Assembly (NCBI RefSeq): GCF_004010195.1
Contig: NC_057719.1
Coordinates: 27,415,872-27,479,871 of the forward strand
DNA length: 64,000 bases
Origin: Chiloscyllium plagiosum
Taxonomy: Eukaryota
Direction of reading: 5' to 3'
This document shows, in pieces, positions 26,069 through 39,091 of this stretch (position 1 is its first letter; the number at the start of each line of letters is the position of its first letter). A model generated the notes under the pieces. It was not told the origin of the DNA. It searched no databases and saw nothing but the letters and a program-made list of their open reading frames with translations. The position numbers and the translations under genes were made by a program.

Positions 26069-28137
26069 TAGAACATAGAACATAGAAAAGTGCAGCACAG
26101 AACAGGCCCTTTGGCACTCGATGTTGTGCCGAGGTTTAATCCTAATGTAAAATATAATAACTTAACCTATGTACCCCTCAACTCACTGCTATCCATGTGC
26201 ATGTCCAGCAGTCACTTAAATGTCCCTAATGACTCTGCTTCCACCACCACCACAGGCAATGCATTCCATGCATTCACAACTCTCTGCATAAAGAACCTTC
26301 CTCTGACATCCCCTCCATACCTTTCTCCTAATATCTTAAAACTATGACCCCTCGTACCAGTCAATCCTGCCCTGGGGAAAAATCTCTGGCTATTCCACTC
26401 ATTATCTTGTATACGTTGATCAGGTCACCTCTCTTCCTCCTTCTCTTCAGAGAGAAAAGTCTGAGCTTATTCAACCTTTCTTCATAAGGCAAGCCCTCCA
26501 GTCCAGGCAGCATCCTGGTAAACCTTCTTTGCACCCTCTCCACAGCATCTGTATCTTTCTTATAGTAGGGCGAGCAGAACTGGACACAATATTCCAAGTG
26601 AGGTCTCACCAGGGACTTGTAGGGCTGTAGCAAGATCTCGTGACTCTCAAACTCCACCCCCCTGTAAATGAAAGCCAAAACACCATATGCTTTCTTAACA
26701 ACCCTATCCACTTGGGTGGCAACTTAGTGGGATCTATGTACTTGCACACCCAGATCCCTCTGTTGCTCCACTCTGCCAAGAAGCCTGTCTTTAATCTTAT
26801 ATTCAGCATTCAAGTTCAACCTTCCAAAATACATCATTTTGCATTTATCCAGGTTGAACTCCATCTGCCATTTCTCAGCCCAGCTCTGCATCCTGTCTAT
26901 GTCTTAGAATTAGAGGGGGTAAATTCAGAACAGAAATGCGGAGACATTTCTTCAGCCAAAGAGTGGTGGGCCTGTGGAATTCATTGCCGCAGAGTGCAAT
27001 GGAGGCTGGGACGCTAAATATCTTCAAGGCAGAGATTGATAAATTCTTGATGTCACAAGGAATTAAGGGCTACGGGGAGAATGCAGGTAAGTGGAGTTGA
27101 AATGCCCATCAGCCATGATTGAATGGCGGAGTGGACTCGATGGGCCGAATGGCTTTACTTCCGCTCCTATGTCTTATGGTCTTATGGTCTTATGTCGTGC
27201 TACAGCCTGCAGTAGCCATCTATCCTATCGATAACACCTCCAACTTTTGTGTTATCTGCAAATTTACTAACCCACCCCTCAACCTCCTCATCCAAGTCAT
27301 TCATAAAAACTACAAAGAGCAGAGGCCCAAGAACAGAGCCCTGCGAGACCCTACTCAACACTGACCTCCAGGCAGAATACTTTCCATCTACAACTACTCT
27401 CTGCCTTCTGTCGGCCAGCCAATTATGAATCCAGATAGCCAAATCTCCCTGTATCCCATACTTCCTGACTTTATGAATGAGCCTACCATGGGGAACCTTA
27501 TCAAATGCCTTGCTGAAGTCCATATACACCGCATCCACTGCTCAACCTTCATTGACCTATCTTGCTACCTCCTCAAAGAATTCAATAAGATTTGGGAGGC
27601 ACAACTTGCCTCTCACAAAGCCATGCTGACTGCCTTTAATCATGCTATGCTTTGCCAAATAGTCATAAATCCTATCCCACAGATTACTTTCCAAAACTTT
27701 GCTGACCATAGAAGTATAAGATGGACTGGTTTGTATTGCCAGGGAGTTCCCTATTACCCTTCTTGAAAAGAGGAACAACATTCGCCTCCTTCCAATCCTC
27801 CGGTACAACTCCTGTGGAGAGTGAGGAGACAAATATCCTCGCCAGCAACTTAGCAACCTCCTTTCTCACTTCCCGGAGCAGCCGGGGATAAATCTGGTCT
27901 GGCCCTCGGGACTTATCAATCTTAATGTTTTCCAACATTTCCAGTACATCAACTTCATCAATATTGATCTGATCAAGCACGTATCCCAGTTCCTCAAAAT
28001 TCTCATTTACAACAAGGTCCCTTTCCTTAGTGAAAACCGAGGCAAAAAACTCATTTAAGGTTTCCCCTGTCTGCTCAGACTCCATGCACAAGTTCCCTCC
28101 GCTATCCCTGATCGGCCCTACCTTCTCCCTGATCATT
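26069..28137 (-). mobile_element. CR1 LINE (RT and 3' end) with a nested plus-strand CR1 3' end at 26904-27190
   Basis: KSRGPDQIYPR, DFSKAFDKVPH, QGSVLGP and FADN motifs; nested insert has a (ttatggtc)n tail and TSD tatgtc (26898-26903, 27191-27196). Confidence 0.93.
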
Positions 28138-28339
28138 CCTCTATAGTTTACAAGGCTGAGCTATCTTGAGAATGTAATTTAAAAGAAGTTCTGGGATTTA
28201 CACATCAAAGGACAGAAAACAGCATATCCCATTATAAAAGATGAAAGTTTTAATCTAAGATTGTTTACTGTATCACATCTCCATGACACTGGACTCCTTT
28301 GGCTATAAATTCAATGAGCATGATCTTAACCTCCACAAC

Positions 28340-28374
28340 CACCTGATGAAGGAGCAGTGCTCCGAAAGCTAGTG
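28340..28374 (+). ncRNA. Minimal type I hammerhead ribozyme motif (family A), intact
   Basis: cac-CTGATGA-a-ggagc-agt-gctcc-GAAA-gc-TA-gtg. Stem I cac/gtg, 5-bp stem II, palindromic AGCT stem III. Confidence 0.8.
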
Positions 28375-28589
28375 CTTCCAAATAAACCTGTCAGACTATA
28401 ACCTGGTGTTGTGTGATTTTTAGTTTTTAACCACTTAGCATTTCTAGTTCAAACAAGTCTCCCAAATGCTAGAAAATCACTAAAACCTCCATTTGGATTC
28501 AAGTTTTAGATTTAAAAATAAACTTTTGAATATGGATTTTGTTATTTACACACAAAAAAATTACATTTAATTGGTTTTGTTAAGAGCAA

Positions 28590-31350
28590 GGACAGAATTT
28601 TTTCCTCCCTGGCGTGGCATGAATGATGATACGGTGACAAAATAACAAAATAAATAAATAAAATGATATCAAACAATCTTCCCAATTTTCCCCTCAAGAT
28701 TGAAATTGTAACTTAAGAATCTCGCCCCTGAATGGCAGCAACCTTATGTACATTTGCATTTCATTAAAGTGCCACCTGGTCATATTTAATCTCAGATCTG
28801 ATTTTCCTGACCTTTGCCAAGAAACTAAATGCCGCAAATTCCTGACAGACAAAATAGAGCAGGAACCTGCAGCTCGCCAAATGCCTGTCCTGCCATCATG
28901 CATCTGCTTATGTGAACAATACTCTGGCATGGTCCATGGCCACATCCTCCTCAGCCCTTCCTCCAGCACTGACAAACCTCACCTGGTCAGCCCACCTGCT
29001 CCGGGAGCAACTCAGACACCTCTTCAGCTCTTCAACACTTTACTTGAGAGCTGATGTACACCCATATGTGCGTTTGCCAGGTTGCTTTGTGAACAGAGAG
29101 GGAGAAAGAGAAAGCCATCCATCTCTTGCATCTCTACATGATACTTCTGTGCTATGAGGTCCTAGCTCACTTTCCCAGTGCACATTCACCTTAGTGCCTA
29201 CTTAGAGACTGTCAGCCTCTGTCTGCTTCACGTTGCTTTCTAGGCACGCTGTGAATCTGACATTGAGTTTGCAGCCCCTGTGATTTAGCTTGGTTATTTA
29301 GCACAGAGGAAGAGATGGGCAATGGTGAAGGTGAGGAACTCTGAACAGTCAACCTCTCAATCAGAGAGAGGAAGGTGGACATGTCACTGCATGGCAACAT
29401 GCTACATCAACATCAGAGTAGCAGCATGTGGCAGCAGTTTACACAGCAAACAGACTGCATGTGCTTCAGATAAACGACAATCTGTGACAGTGAAACAGGA
29501 AAAGCCAGTAGTAGAGATAGAGTGAAAGGAAGGGGGACTACAGTCAGGCAGGGGACTGGTCTCAGTACATGACAGCAGATCGGTCACCATTGTACCAGCC
29601 CGTCAAGTGTAAGCAGTGCGGGGAAAACAGGCAGGTTTATCATGGTGCTGTTAAAACATCAGTCTGAGGAACTTTTTTTATACTCATTTATGGGACCTGG
29701 GCGTTGCTGGCTGAGGCAGTATTTATTGTTTTTTCCTAGTTGGCCTTGAGAAGGTGGTGGTGAGCTGCCTCCTTGAACCCACGGCAGTCCACAATAGGCC
29801 AGGTTCTCTTGCAATCAGGCAAAGGGAGGGGTTGATAGGATGGAAGTGAATGGAAGAGCAGTTGGTGGCATTTCAAAAGCAGGAAGGGTGGAGATCAGAC
29901 CCCAGTAAGTGAGCAGAAAACAAAGGGCTGGAGGATTAGTAGTTTGGCAGAATGAGATGGGCGAGAGTCATTGACTGAATACAATATGTGCAATATTGAG
30001 AGTTATAGTCTTGGTGCGAGGCATGTGCAGTAGCAGAATTCAAGTGATTGCTGGTGAGTGTGAGGCAACAAAAAGAAGATGATACCAAGCACCCATGAAG
30101 ATCATAGACATTTATTTACCTTCTTGTGGCTTTTCTGAGCACCCCTTTTTTGACACAGCTCTGCCCTAGGCAGCTACCTGGGTCCAGGCTGCCAGTCGCT
30201 AATGGTGTAGCCTCCTGTGATGGTCAACAAGAGAAAGGATAACTCTCCTTCTCCTCCACCCCACTGTCCACCACGTCGTCCAGATTCCTGTATGTGAAAC
30301 GGGAAGAGAGCTTTTCTTTCTCCAAGGCCATTCATGAATATCGAGACTTGAGCACCACAGTAGAAGAGTCAGCTCCTGGCCTGCAGCCTCTGGAGTGGTT
30401 TGTATTTGGGCTTTAAACATGGTGCCAGAGGCTGTGAAAGTGAGAAGGTCCCATCAGTGGTGAGCACTTCCACCTCTGCAGCCCCACAATCCACCGGGAA
30501 GGGCACCAAAGAGCTCAGTTGAACTATTTATTGAGGTGATGAGCAGACAATTGCATGAGAAAAGTCACTGTGTGTCATGGCAGACAGGGGCCATACATTT
30601 CACTGAACAGACACTGTCACTGAAAGAGGGAAAGTCTTGCCTGATGGAACAAAATAAAACCTATATTCCCCACGAATTGAGCTTGTATCATTCTTAAACA
30701 TAACCGTGTCAGCATTAGGACATTCAGCCAAAGTCACAAAAGCTCTTGGGGCAGACTGTCCCCAGCCTCTGGCAAGCTAGGCCATGCTGAGAAAGTTTGG
30801 GAAAATTGCATGAGATGGTCAGTGAGGTTCTTCTCATTGTTGAGAACAAACTGTCCCACAGGGACAGGCGCCTACCTTGTGGACTGTACCAGGCCATGTC
30901 TCAGGGCTGCTCACTCACTCTCTTTAGTGCTTGTTCTACTTTGATATTCACGGCATCTCTCTCTTGCCTCAATGTATTTTGACCCCTCATTCAGAGCGAA
31001 CAGACTTTCACTATTTCTATCTTGTGCTACCTTTCAGCACAGGCATAAAGCCAGGCAGCTTGTCGAGGTTGCCTGCAGTGATCAGTCAAATGGCTTGTGA
31101 CTGTGCTGTGTCAATCTCATACGTGCACCATGAACCAGCAGCATATCCAGCAAACACACTGTACAAGGATCAATCAAATGGCTATGTCTCTAAATGTAGG
31201 TGGAATTAGTCCTCAGTCAGGTCAACGGAAATAGTCTTTTGTTGGGGGTCCCAGCACAGACGGTCAGGAGCAGACTCCAATATCAGTTGGGGCTTGGCAT
31301 GTTCAGTAAGCCACTTGAAGTGGTTAGGGTCAAGGAATTCTTCCCTCTAC
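28590..31350. mobile_element. Decayed PIF/Harbinger-related region
   Basis: Myb/SANT-like relic on minus 30090-30330 (RRRVILSLVDHHRRLHH*RLAAWTQVAA); weak transposase-like traces on plus 30900-31300. Boundaries uncertain. Confidence 0.4.
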
Positions 31351-31429
31351 ACACTGGGGAGGGGAGGAGATAGTGAGGACTGCAGATGCTGGACACTAAG
31401 AGTCAATAGAGAGTGACGCTGGAAAAAGC

Positions 31430-31692
31430 ACAGCAGGTCAAGCAGCATCTGAGGGGAGTGGGCCATGGTCAACATTGTGGAACAGCAGGTCAGGCAGCAT
31501 CCGAGGGGAGTGGGCCATGGTCAACATTGTGGAACAGCAGGTCAGGCAGCATCCGAGGGGAGTGGGCTCTGGTCAACATTGTGGAACAGCAGGTCAGGCA
31601 GCATCCGAGGGGAGTGAGCCATGGTCAACATTGTGGAACAGCAGGTCAGGCAGCATCCGAGAGGAGTGGGCTCTGGTCAACACTGTGGAACA
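31430..31692. repeat. Minisatellite, 5 x 52 bp
   Basis: cagcaggtca recurs at 31431, 31483, 31535, 31587 and 31639; continuous with a family B Penelope repeat starting near 31366. Confidence 0.95.
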
Positions 31693-31915
31693 TTGGGAAG
31701 GACGAAGAATGGCCTTCAATGTTGTAGCTGCAGCAAGACAGATACTCACTCACACAGCTGATGACAAATTTAAATGCAGTCAGTGTCACCCTTGTTACCA
31801 ATGTGCCTCAGAATGTCTTCTTTCTTTCCCTTGTGTGTGTGAGTGTGTGTGTGTGTGTATGTTACAAAGCAACCCCCAGGCTTTTGAATTCAATAACAAA
31901 GCCTATTTGCTTTCA

Positions 31916-32123
31916 TGATTTGGAGATGCCAGTGTTGGACTGGAGTGTACAAAGTTAAAAATCACACAACACCAGGTTATAGTCCAACAGGTTTATTTGG
32001 AAGCACTAGCTTTCGGAGCAACGCTCCTTCATCAGGTGGTTGTGAGAACCACCTGAGGAAAGAACAGCACTCTGAAAGCTAGTGCTTCCAAATAAACCTG
32101 TTGAACTATAACCTGGTGTTGTG
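31916..32123. mobile_element. Inverted (fold-back) dimer of Penelope family A terminal repeats
   Basis: Minus copy then plus copy, joined at the hammerhead; 12-bp TSD tatttg(c/t)tttca at 31904-31915 and 32124-32135. Confidence 0.85.
32004..32038 (-). ncRNA. Minimal type I hammerhead ribozyme motif (family A), intact
   Basis: cac-CTGATGA-a-ggagc-gtt-gctcc-GAAA-gc-TA-gtg on the minus strand. Confidence 0.8.
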
Positions 32124-33214
32124 TATTTGTTTTCAGCCCTGAGGAATTTAATGTGGAACATTTTTGTTTAGATTCCATACATAGGGTTTGGTGAAGCACA
32201 TCGCTGCTTATTTTTACAGGCAATAAAAACACAAGAGAATAAAATAAAAACGAATCCCGATAAAAGGCAGAGGAGGAGGAGATTAAAAAATAATTCAATT
32301 CACCTCTAATTCTTGACCGTGACATAAGATATTCACTTTTTCCAAATGCACATCCATTTTGATTAATTTTTCACTCAAAGAATGCAACTAGGACTCCGAT
32401 TTCTTAAGAACTCTGGCATCAGAGTTGTAAGGCTGTTTAGGCTCAGACCGAGGGGAGCAGTTTGTAAAAGACTGGATGTTTCTCCAGAATGTTACATTAA
32501 CCATGTCGGCATTTTAAAAAAAAAATGTAATCAGGATATGCATTATTTTTATTTCAACACAAAGAAGGTCAATCCAGATTATGGAAATACCTTCATGTTT
32601 CCTTAAACAACAGTGAATTAAAGCAAAGTTAATCCAACAAAGTTCTGAATTAATACCTAAATTTGCTTAAAAAAAATCTTTAAGTTATGACTGATCGTAT
32701 TCACCTCCAACAATGTGGATTTTTTTTTTGGTCTCTGTTTTCTTAGCTCTGCCAAGCAATTGATGGTAATTTTTTCTAATGTGTGAATCATTTAGTTTTA
32801 ATTTTGCTAATTAGTGTTATTAGACTGTTCAAGTGTGAATCATTTTTCCCAATCCCTTTTTGACAGCGCATCTGTTAGTGATGTAGGAAAGCACTTAATC
32901 CAATCAGCAAAGATGTCTTTATTTCTGTTTGACATCATTGCTTTGATAAACATAGAAATAATTAATTCTCTGCACAGTTACATCCTGCTTCTACCAAACA
33001 ATCTCATACCTGATCAGTGTCTCGGTAGGTATAAATCGTGCCAGTGGTTTACAGATTATTCAGCGACACCAAGTTGCCATGGTTTTTATATGCTGCATTC
33101 TTTCCAGAATATGACACCTCTCCCACCTAACTTTGACATGTTTTGGAAGATCTTGCAAATCGATAAACAATGTAATAAGGGGTACATCGGGTTCCAAGCG
33201 ATCATTTGTGTTAA

Positions 33215-36200
33215 GGGAACTCTCTAGTCAGGGGCACAGACAGACATTTCTGCAGCCAGCATTGAAAAATCAGAACGGTGTGTTGCCTCCATGGTGCCAG
33301 GATCAAGGATGTCTCAGTGAGGGTGCAGAATGTTCTCAAAGGGGAGAGAGTCCAGAGGAGGTCACTGTACACATTGGAACCAATGACATAGGAAGGGAAA
33401 AGGATGAGATTCTGAAGGGAGAATACTGCATAGAAAGTTAGGCAGGAATTAAAAAATGAGGTCCTCAAGAGTAGTAATATCTGGATTACTCCCATGCTTC
33501 GAGCTAGTGAGGGCAGGAATAGGAGGATAGAGCAGATGAATGTATGGCTGAGGAGCTGGTATATGGGAGAAGGATTCACATTTTTGGATCATTGAAATCT
33601 CTTCTGGGGTTGAAGTGACCTGTACAACAAGGATGGATTGCACCTAAATTGGAAGGGGACTAATATACTGGCAGGGAGATTTGCTAGAGCGTGTGTGTGT
33701 GTGTGTGTGTGGTGGGGTGAAGGGGGGACCCAGGGAGATACCCAGCAAAGCTCAATCTGAGACTGGGACAGTTGAGAAAAGAAGCGAGTCAACCAGCCAG
33801 GACAGGCAGGGACAAAGCAGAGAACAAAGTAGGACTGATCAATTAAGCAAGGGGCCTAACATGGAAGGCTGATGAATTCAGGGCATGGTTAGGAACTTGG
33901 GACTGGGATAGAACATAGAACATAGAACGGTACAGCACAAAACAGGCCCTTCAGCCCACGATGTTGTGCCGACCACTGATCCTCATGTATGCACCTCAAA
34001 TTTCTGTGACCATATGTATGCCGAGGAGTCTCTTAAATGTCTCCAATGACCCTGCCTCCACAACTGCTGCTGGCAACGCATTCCATGCTCTCACAACTCT
34101 CTGTGTAAAGAACCCGCCTCTGACATCCCCGCTATACTTTCCTCCAACCAGCTTAAAACTATGACCCCTCATGTTAGTCATTTCTGCCCTGGGAAATAGT
34201 CTCTGGATATCGACTCTATCTATGCTTCTCATTACCTTGTATACCTCAATTAGGTCCCCTCTCCTCCTCCTTTTCTCCGATGAAAAAAGTCTGAGCTCAG
34301 TCAACCTCTCCTCATAAGATAAGCCTTCCAGTCCAGGCAGCATCCTGGTGAACCTCCTCTGAACCCGCTCCAAAGCATCCACATCTTTCTTATAATAAGG
34401 CGACCAGAACTGGACGCAGTATTCCAAGTGCAGTCTAACCAAAGTTTTATAGAGCTGCAACAAGATCTCACGACTCTTAAACTCAATACCCCTGTTAATA
34501 AAGCCATAACACCATATGCTTTCTTGACAACCCTGTCCACTTGGGTGGCCATTTTAAGGGATCTATGTGCCTGCACCCCAAGATCCCTCTGTTCCTCCAC
34601 ACTACCAAGAATCCTATCCTTAATCCTGTACTCAGCTTTCAAATTCGACCTTCCAAAATGCATCACCTCGCATTTATCCAGGTTGAACTCCATCTGCCAC
34701 CTCTCAGCCCATCTCTGCATCCTGTCAATGTCCCACTGCAGCCTACAACAGCCCTCTATACTGTCAACGACACCTCCAACCTTTGTGTCATCTGCAAACG
34801 TGCTGACCCATCCTTCAATCCCCTCATCCAAGTCATTAATAAAAATTACAAACAGTAGAGGCCCAAGGACAGAGCCCTGTGGAACACCACTCACCACAGA
34901 CTTCCAGGCAGAATATTTTCCTTCTACTACCACTCGCTGTCTTCTGTTGGCCAGCCAATTCTGTATCCAGACAGCTATGTTCCCCTGAATCCCATTCCTC
35001 CTGTCTGAATGACCCTACCATGGGGATTTTATCAAATGCCTTGCTAAAGTCCATATACACCACATCCACAGCTCGACCCTCATCAACTTTTCTAGTCACA
35101 TCCTCAAAGAACTCGATAAGGTTTGTGAGGCATGACCTGCCCCTCACAAAGCCATGTTGACTGCATTTAATCAAGCCATGCTCTTCCAGATGGTCATAAA
35201 TCCTATCCCTCAGAATCCTTTCTAACACCTTGCAGACAACAGACGTGAGACTTACTGGTCTGTAATTGTCGGGGATTTCCCTATTTCCTTTCTTGAAGAG
35301 AGGAATTACATAGCATAGCAATTACAGAAACATGACTCAGGGATGGTCAGGACTGGCAGCTAATTTGTATCCCAGGATACAAATGCTACAGGAAGACAGA
35401 AAGGGAGGCAAGAGAGGAGGGGGAGTGGCATTTTTGATAAGGGATAGCATTACAGCTGTACTTGGGGAGGATATTCCCAGAAATACACCCATGGACGTTA
35501 TTTGGGTGGAACTCAGAAATAAGAAAGGGATGATCACCTTTTTGGGATTGTATTACAGACCCCCTAATTGTCAGCAGGAAATTGAGAAACAAACTTGTAA
35601 GGAGATCTAAGTTATCTCTAAGAATATTAGGGTGATTATGATAGGGGATTTTAACTTCCAAACATAGACTGGGACTGATGTGGTGTTAAGGGTTTAGATG
35701 GAGAGGAATTTGTTATGTGTGTACAAGAAAATGTTCTGAGTCAGTATGTGGATGTACCTACTAGAGAAGGTGCAAAACTTGACCCACTCTTGGGAAATAA
35801 GGCTGGTGTCAGTGGGGGAACACTTTGGGGCCAGCGACCATAATTCTATTAGTTTCTAAAGAGTAATGGAAAAGGATAGACCAGATCTAATAGTTGAACT
35901 TTTAAATTGGAGGAAGGCCAATTTTGATGGTATTAGGCAAGAACCTTCAAAAGCTGATTGGGTGCAGATTTTCGCAGGTAATGGGATGGCTGGAAAATGA
36001 GAAGTCTTCAGAAATGAGATAACAAGAGTCCAGAGACAGTATGTTCCTGTTAAGGTGAAAGGAAAGGCTGGTAGCTGTAGGGAATGCTGGATTACTAGAG
36101 AAATTGAGGGTTTGGTTAAGAAAAAGAAGGAAGATATGTCAGATAAACAGGAGAGATTGAGTGAATCTTTAGAAGATTACAAAGGCAGTAGGAGTATACT

Positions 36201-38130
36201 TAAGAGAGAAATCAGGAGGGCAAAAAGGGGACATGAGATAGCTTTGGCAAATAAGGTTAAGGAGAATCCACAGGGTTTTTACAAATCCATTAAGGACAAA
36301 AGGGCAACTAGGGAGAGAATAGGGCCCCTCAAAAATCAGCAAGGCGGCCTTTGGGAGGAGCTGCAGGAGATTGGGGAGATACTCAACAAGTATTTACTGT
36401 GGAGAAGGACATAAAAGATATAGAATGTGGGGAAATAGATGATGACATCTTGAAAAATATCCATGTTATAGAGGAAGAAGTGTTGAATGTCTTGAAATGC
36501 ATAAAGATAGATACTTCCTCAGGACCTGATCAGGTGTATGCTAGAACTCTGTGGGAAGCTAGGGAAGTGATTGCTGAGATATTTGTATCATCGATAGTCA
36601 CAGGTGAGGTGCCAGAGAACTGGAGGTTGGCTAACATGGTACCATTATTTGAGAAAGGTGATAAGGACAAGCCAGAGAACTATAGACCAGTGAGCCTGAT
36701 GTCTGTAGTGGGCAAGTTGTTGGATGGAATCCTGAGGGACAGAATTTACACGTATTTGAAAAGGCAAAGACTGATTAGGGATAGTCAACATGGCTTTGTG
36801 CGTGGGAAATCATGTCTCATGAACTTGATTGAGTTTTTTGAAGAGGTAACAAAGAGAATTGATAAGGACAGGGCGGTGGACATGGTCTATATGGACCTCA
36901 GTAAGGCATTCAACAAGGTTCCTCATGGGAGACTGATTAGCAAGGTTAGATCTCATAGAAACAGAGTTGGCTCAAAGGTAGAAGACAGAGGGTGGTGGTG
37001 GAGGGTTGTTTTTCAGACTGGAGGCCTGTGACCAACGGAGTGCCACAAGAATTGGTGCTGGATCCACTACTTTTCATCATTTATATAAATGATTTGGATA
37101 TGAACCTAGGAGGTATAGTTAGTAAGTTTGCAGATGACACCAAAATTGGGGGTGTAGTGGACAGCGAAGAAGATTAGCTTAGATTACAATGGAATCTTGA
37201 TCAGATGGGCTAATGGGCTGTGGAGTGGCAGATGGAGCTTAATTTAGATAAATGTGAGTTGCTGCATTTTGGAAAAGTAAATCTTAGCAGGACTTCTATA
37301 CTTAATGGTAAGATTCTAGGTAATGTTGCCAAAAGACCTTGAAGTGCAGGTCATAGCTCCCTGAAAGTAGAGTCACAGGTAGATAGGATAGTGGAGAAGG
37401 CACTTAGTATGCTTTCCTTTATTGATCAAAGTACTGAGTGCAGGAGTTGGAAGGTCATGCTGTGGCTGTTCAGGACATTGGTTGGGCCACTGTCGGAATT
37501 TGTGTGCAATTCTGGTCTCCTTCCTATCAGAAAGATGTTGTGAAACTTGAAACAGTTCAGAAAAGATTTACAAGTATTCTGCCAGGGTTGGAGGATGTGA
37601 GCTATAGGGAGAGGCTGAACAGGCTGGGGTTGTTTTCCCTAGAGCGTCGGAGTCTGAGGGGTGACCTCATAGAGGTTTATAAAATCAAGAGAGGAATGGA
37701 TAGGATAAATAGACAAAGTCTTTTTCCTGGGGTGGGGGAGTCCAGAACTAGAGGACTTAGGTTTAGGGTGAGAGGGAAAAGATCTAAAAGGGACCTAAGG
37801 GGCAACTTTTTCAAGCAGAGGGTGGTATGTGTATGGAATAGCTGCCAGAGGAAATTGTGGGGGCTGGTACAAATGCAACACTTAAAAGGCATCTGAGTGG
37901 GTATGTGAATAGGAAGGGTTTAGAGGGATATGGGGCAAGTGCTGGCACAAACTCCACACAGTCAGTCGCCTGAGGCGGGAATTGAACCCGGGTCTCAGGC
38001 GCTGTGAGGCAGCAGTGCTAACCACTGTGCCACCGTGCCGCCCACGGTGTGGTCGATATGTGGTCGACACGGACGGGTTGGACTAAAGGGTCTGTTTCCG
38101 TGCTGTACATCTCTATGACTCGATGACTAA
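33215..38130 (+). mobile_element. Long CR1 (HER1-like) LINE: ORF1 esterase relic, APE, RT and 3' tail; defective
   Basis: ORF1 VHIGTNDIG and DGLHL (SGNH blocks); APE DRKGGKRGGGVA...GLYYRPPN and GDFNF; RT NYRPVSL, DLSKAFNKVPH and FADD. Many stops. HE1 head inserted at 37945-38044. Confidence 0.93.
33908..35312 (-). mobile_element. Younger CR1 LINE (RT and 3' end) nested antisense in the long CR1
   Basis: ORFs 34836..35321, 34301..34933 and 33996..34463 cover RT with few frameshifts; (catagaa)n tail. Confidence 0.95.
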
Positions 38131-38913
38131 TCTTTTTGACTGTGTATGAACAAACATTCCTTCACCATTGAGTCGCAGAACTTGTGGCTTGAAGGCAGAG
38201 ACACTTCCCACTACACCACAAGACTTCCACTGGTGTATATGTAGCCTGATTCCCTGGCAGTTTGGAGGAATTAAGTTGAGTTAGTAATTAAAAAGAATTT
38301 TGTGAAAGGTGAGTCAGTAAAATGTAATATTAAATCCCTGAGATAGAGGGCAGGAGGTGATTAAACTACAGAAGTCTCCTGTCCCTCCAACCAAGACTCT
38401 GGATCTATTTAAAAGTTGTTCATCTGTATCAGCTTGCAGCTTTACGTTAAATGTCATCAACCCTAAAGAATTCAACTGCTATTTCTAACTCCACAGCTGC
38501 AATTTCTGCCTTCATTCTAGGACCTGCAGTACACAGGGTTGGTGTAGACTTGTTAGGCTGAAGGGCCTGTTTCCACACTGTAGAGAATCTAATCTAATCT
38601 TTTTTGTTTTTTTTGCTGTTCATTACAGAATTATAGAATCATAGAATCCTTACAGTGTAGGCGAAGGCCCATGGAATCCACACTGACCCTCCAAACAGCA
38701 TCCCCCCCAGAGCCACCCTACTCCTCCATCCCTGTAACCCGATTCCTGCACAGTCAGTGCAGAAATGCTCCTACACCAACCAGTGTCTTGGAGTCCATGT
38801 TTGAACCAGAACCTAGAAGGGGGAATGCTCATCTTTAATTCAATCTTATTGTCCACTGCTGTCCATGCAATTCGACCAACCCAGTGTTCAAGTGGGTCTA
38901 GAAATGGATGACT

Positions 38914-39091
38914 AGGAGAAAGTGAGGATTGCAGATGCTGGAGATCAGAGCTGAAAATGTGTTGCTGGAAAAGTGCAGCAGGTCAGGCAGCATCCAAGGA
39001 GCAGGAGAATCGACATTTCGGGCATGAGCCTTCCTGAAGAAGGCTTCTTGGATGCTGCCTGACCTGCTGTGCTTTTCCAGCAACACATTTT
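38914..39091. mobile_element. Inverted dimer of Penelope family B terminal repeats
   Basis: aaaatgtgttgctggaaaag...gcagcatccaag is mirrored by cttggatgctgc...cttttccagcaacacatttt; perfect 15-bp TSD tagaaatggatgact at 38899-38913 and 39092-39106. Confidence 0.88.

Larger units (their letters stand above)
24975..28430 (+). mobile_element. Penelope-like element (family A), 3' part, interrupted by CR1
   Basis: CCKTCQSIDT...YSCDSANVVYLISCRQGCREAWYFGEIKQTL and AEQRLIAKFSTHGDGLNRDLGF; CA-rich tract 25660-25930; resumes at 28138 and ends in a hammerhead-bearing repeat. Confidence 0.85.

Noticed and set aside
31430..31692. CRISPR-like repeat-spacer appearance and ORFs 31413..31727 and 31475..31918
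   Set aside because: The would-be spacers are near identical, there are no cas genes, and the context is vertebrate. The ORFs are by-products of the tandem repeat.
33215..38130. Active autonomous retrotransposon
   Set aside because: Every LINE, Penelope, Gypsy and Harbinger copy here is truncated or carries stops and frameshifts.
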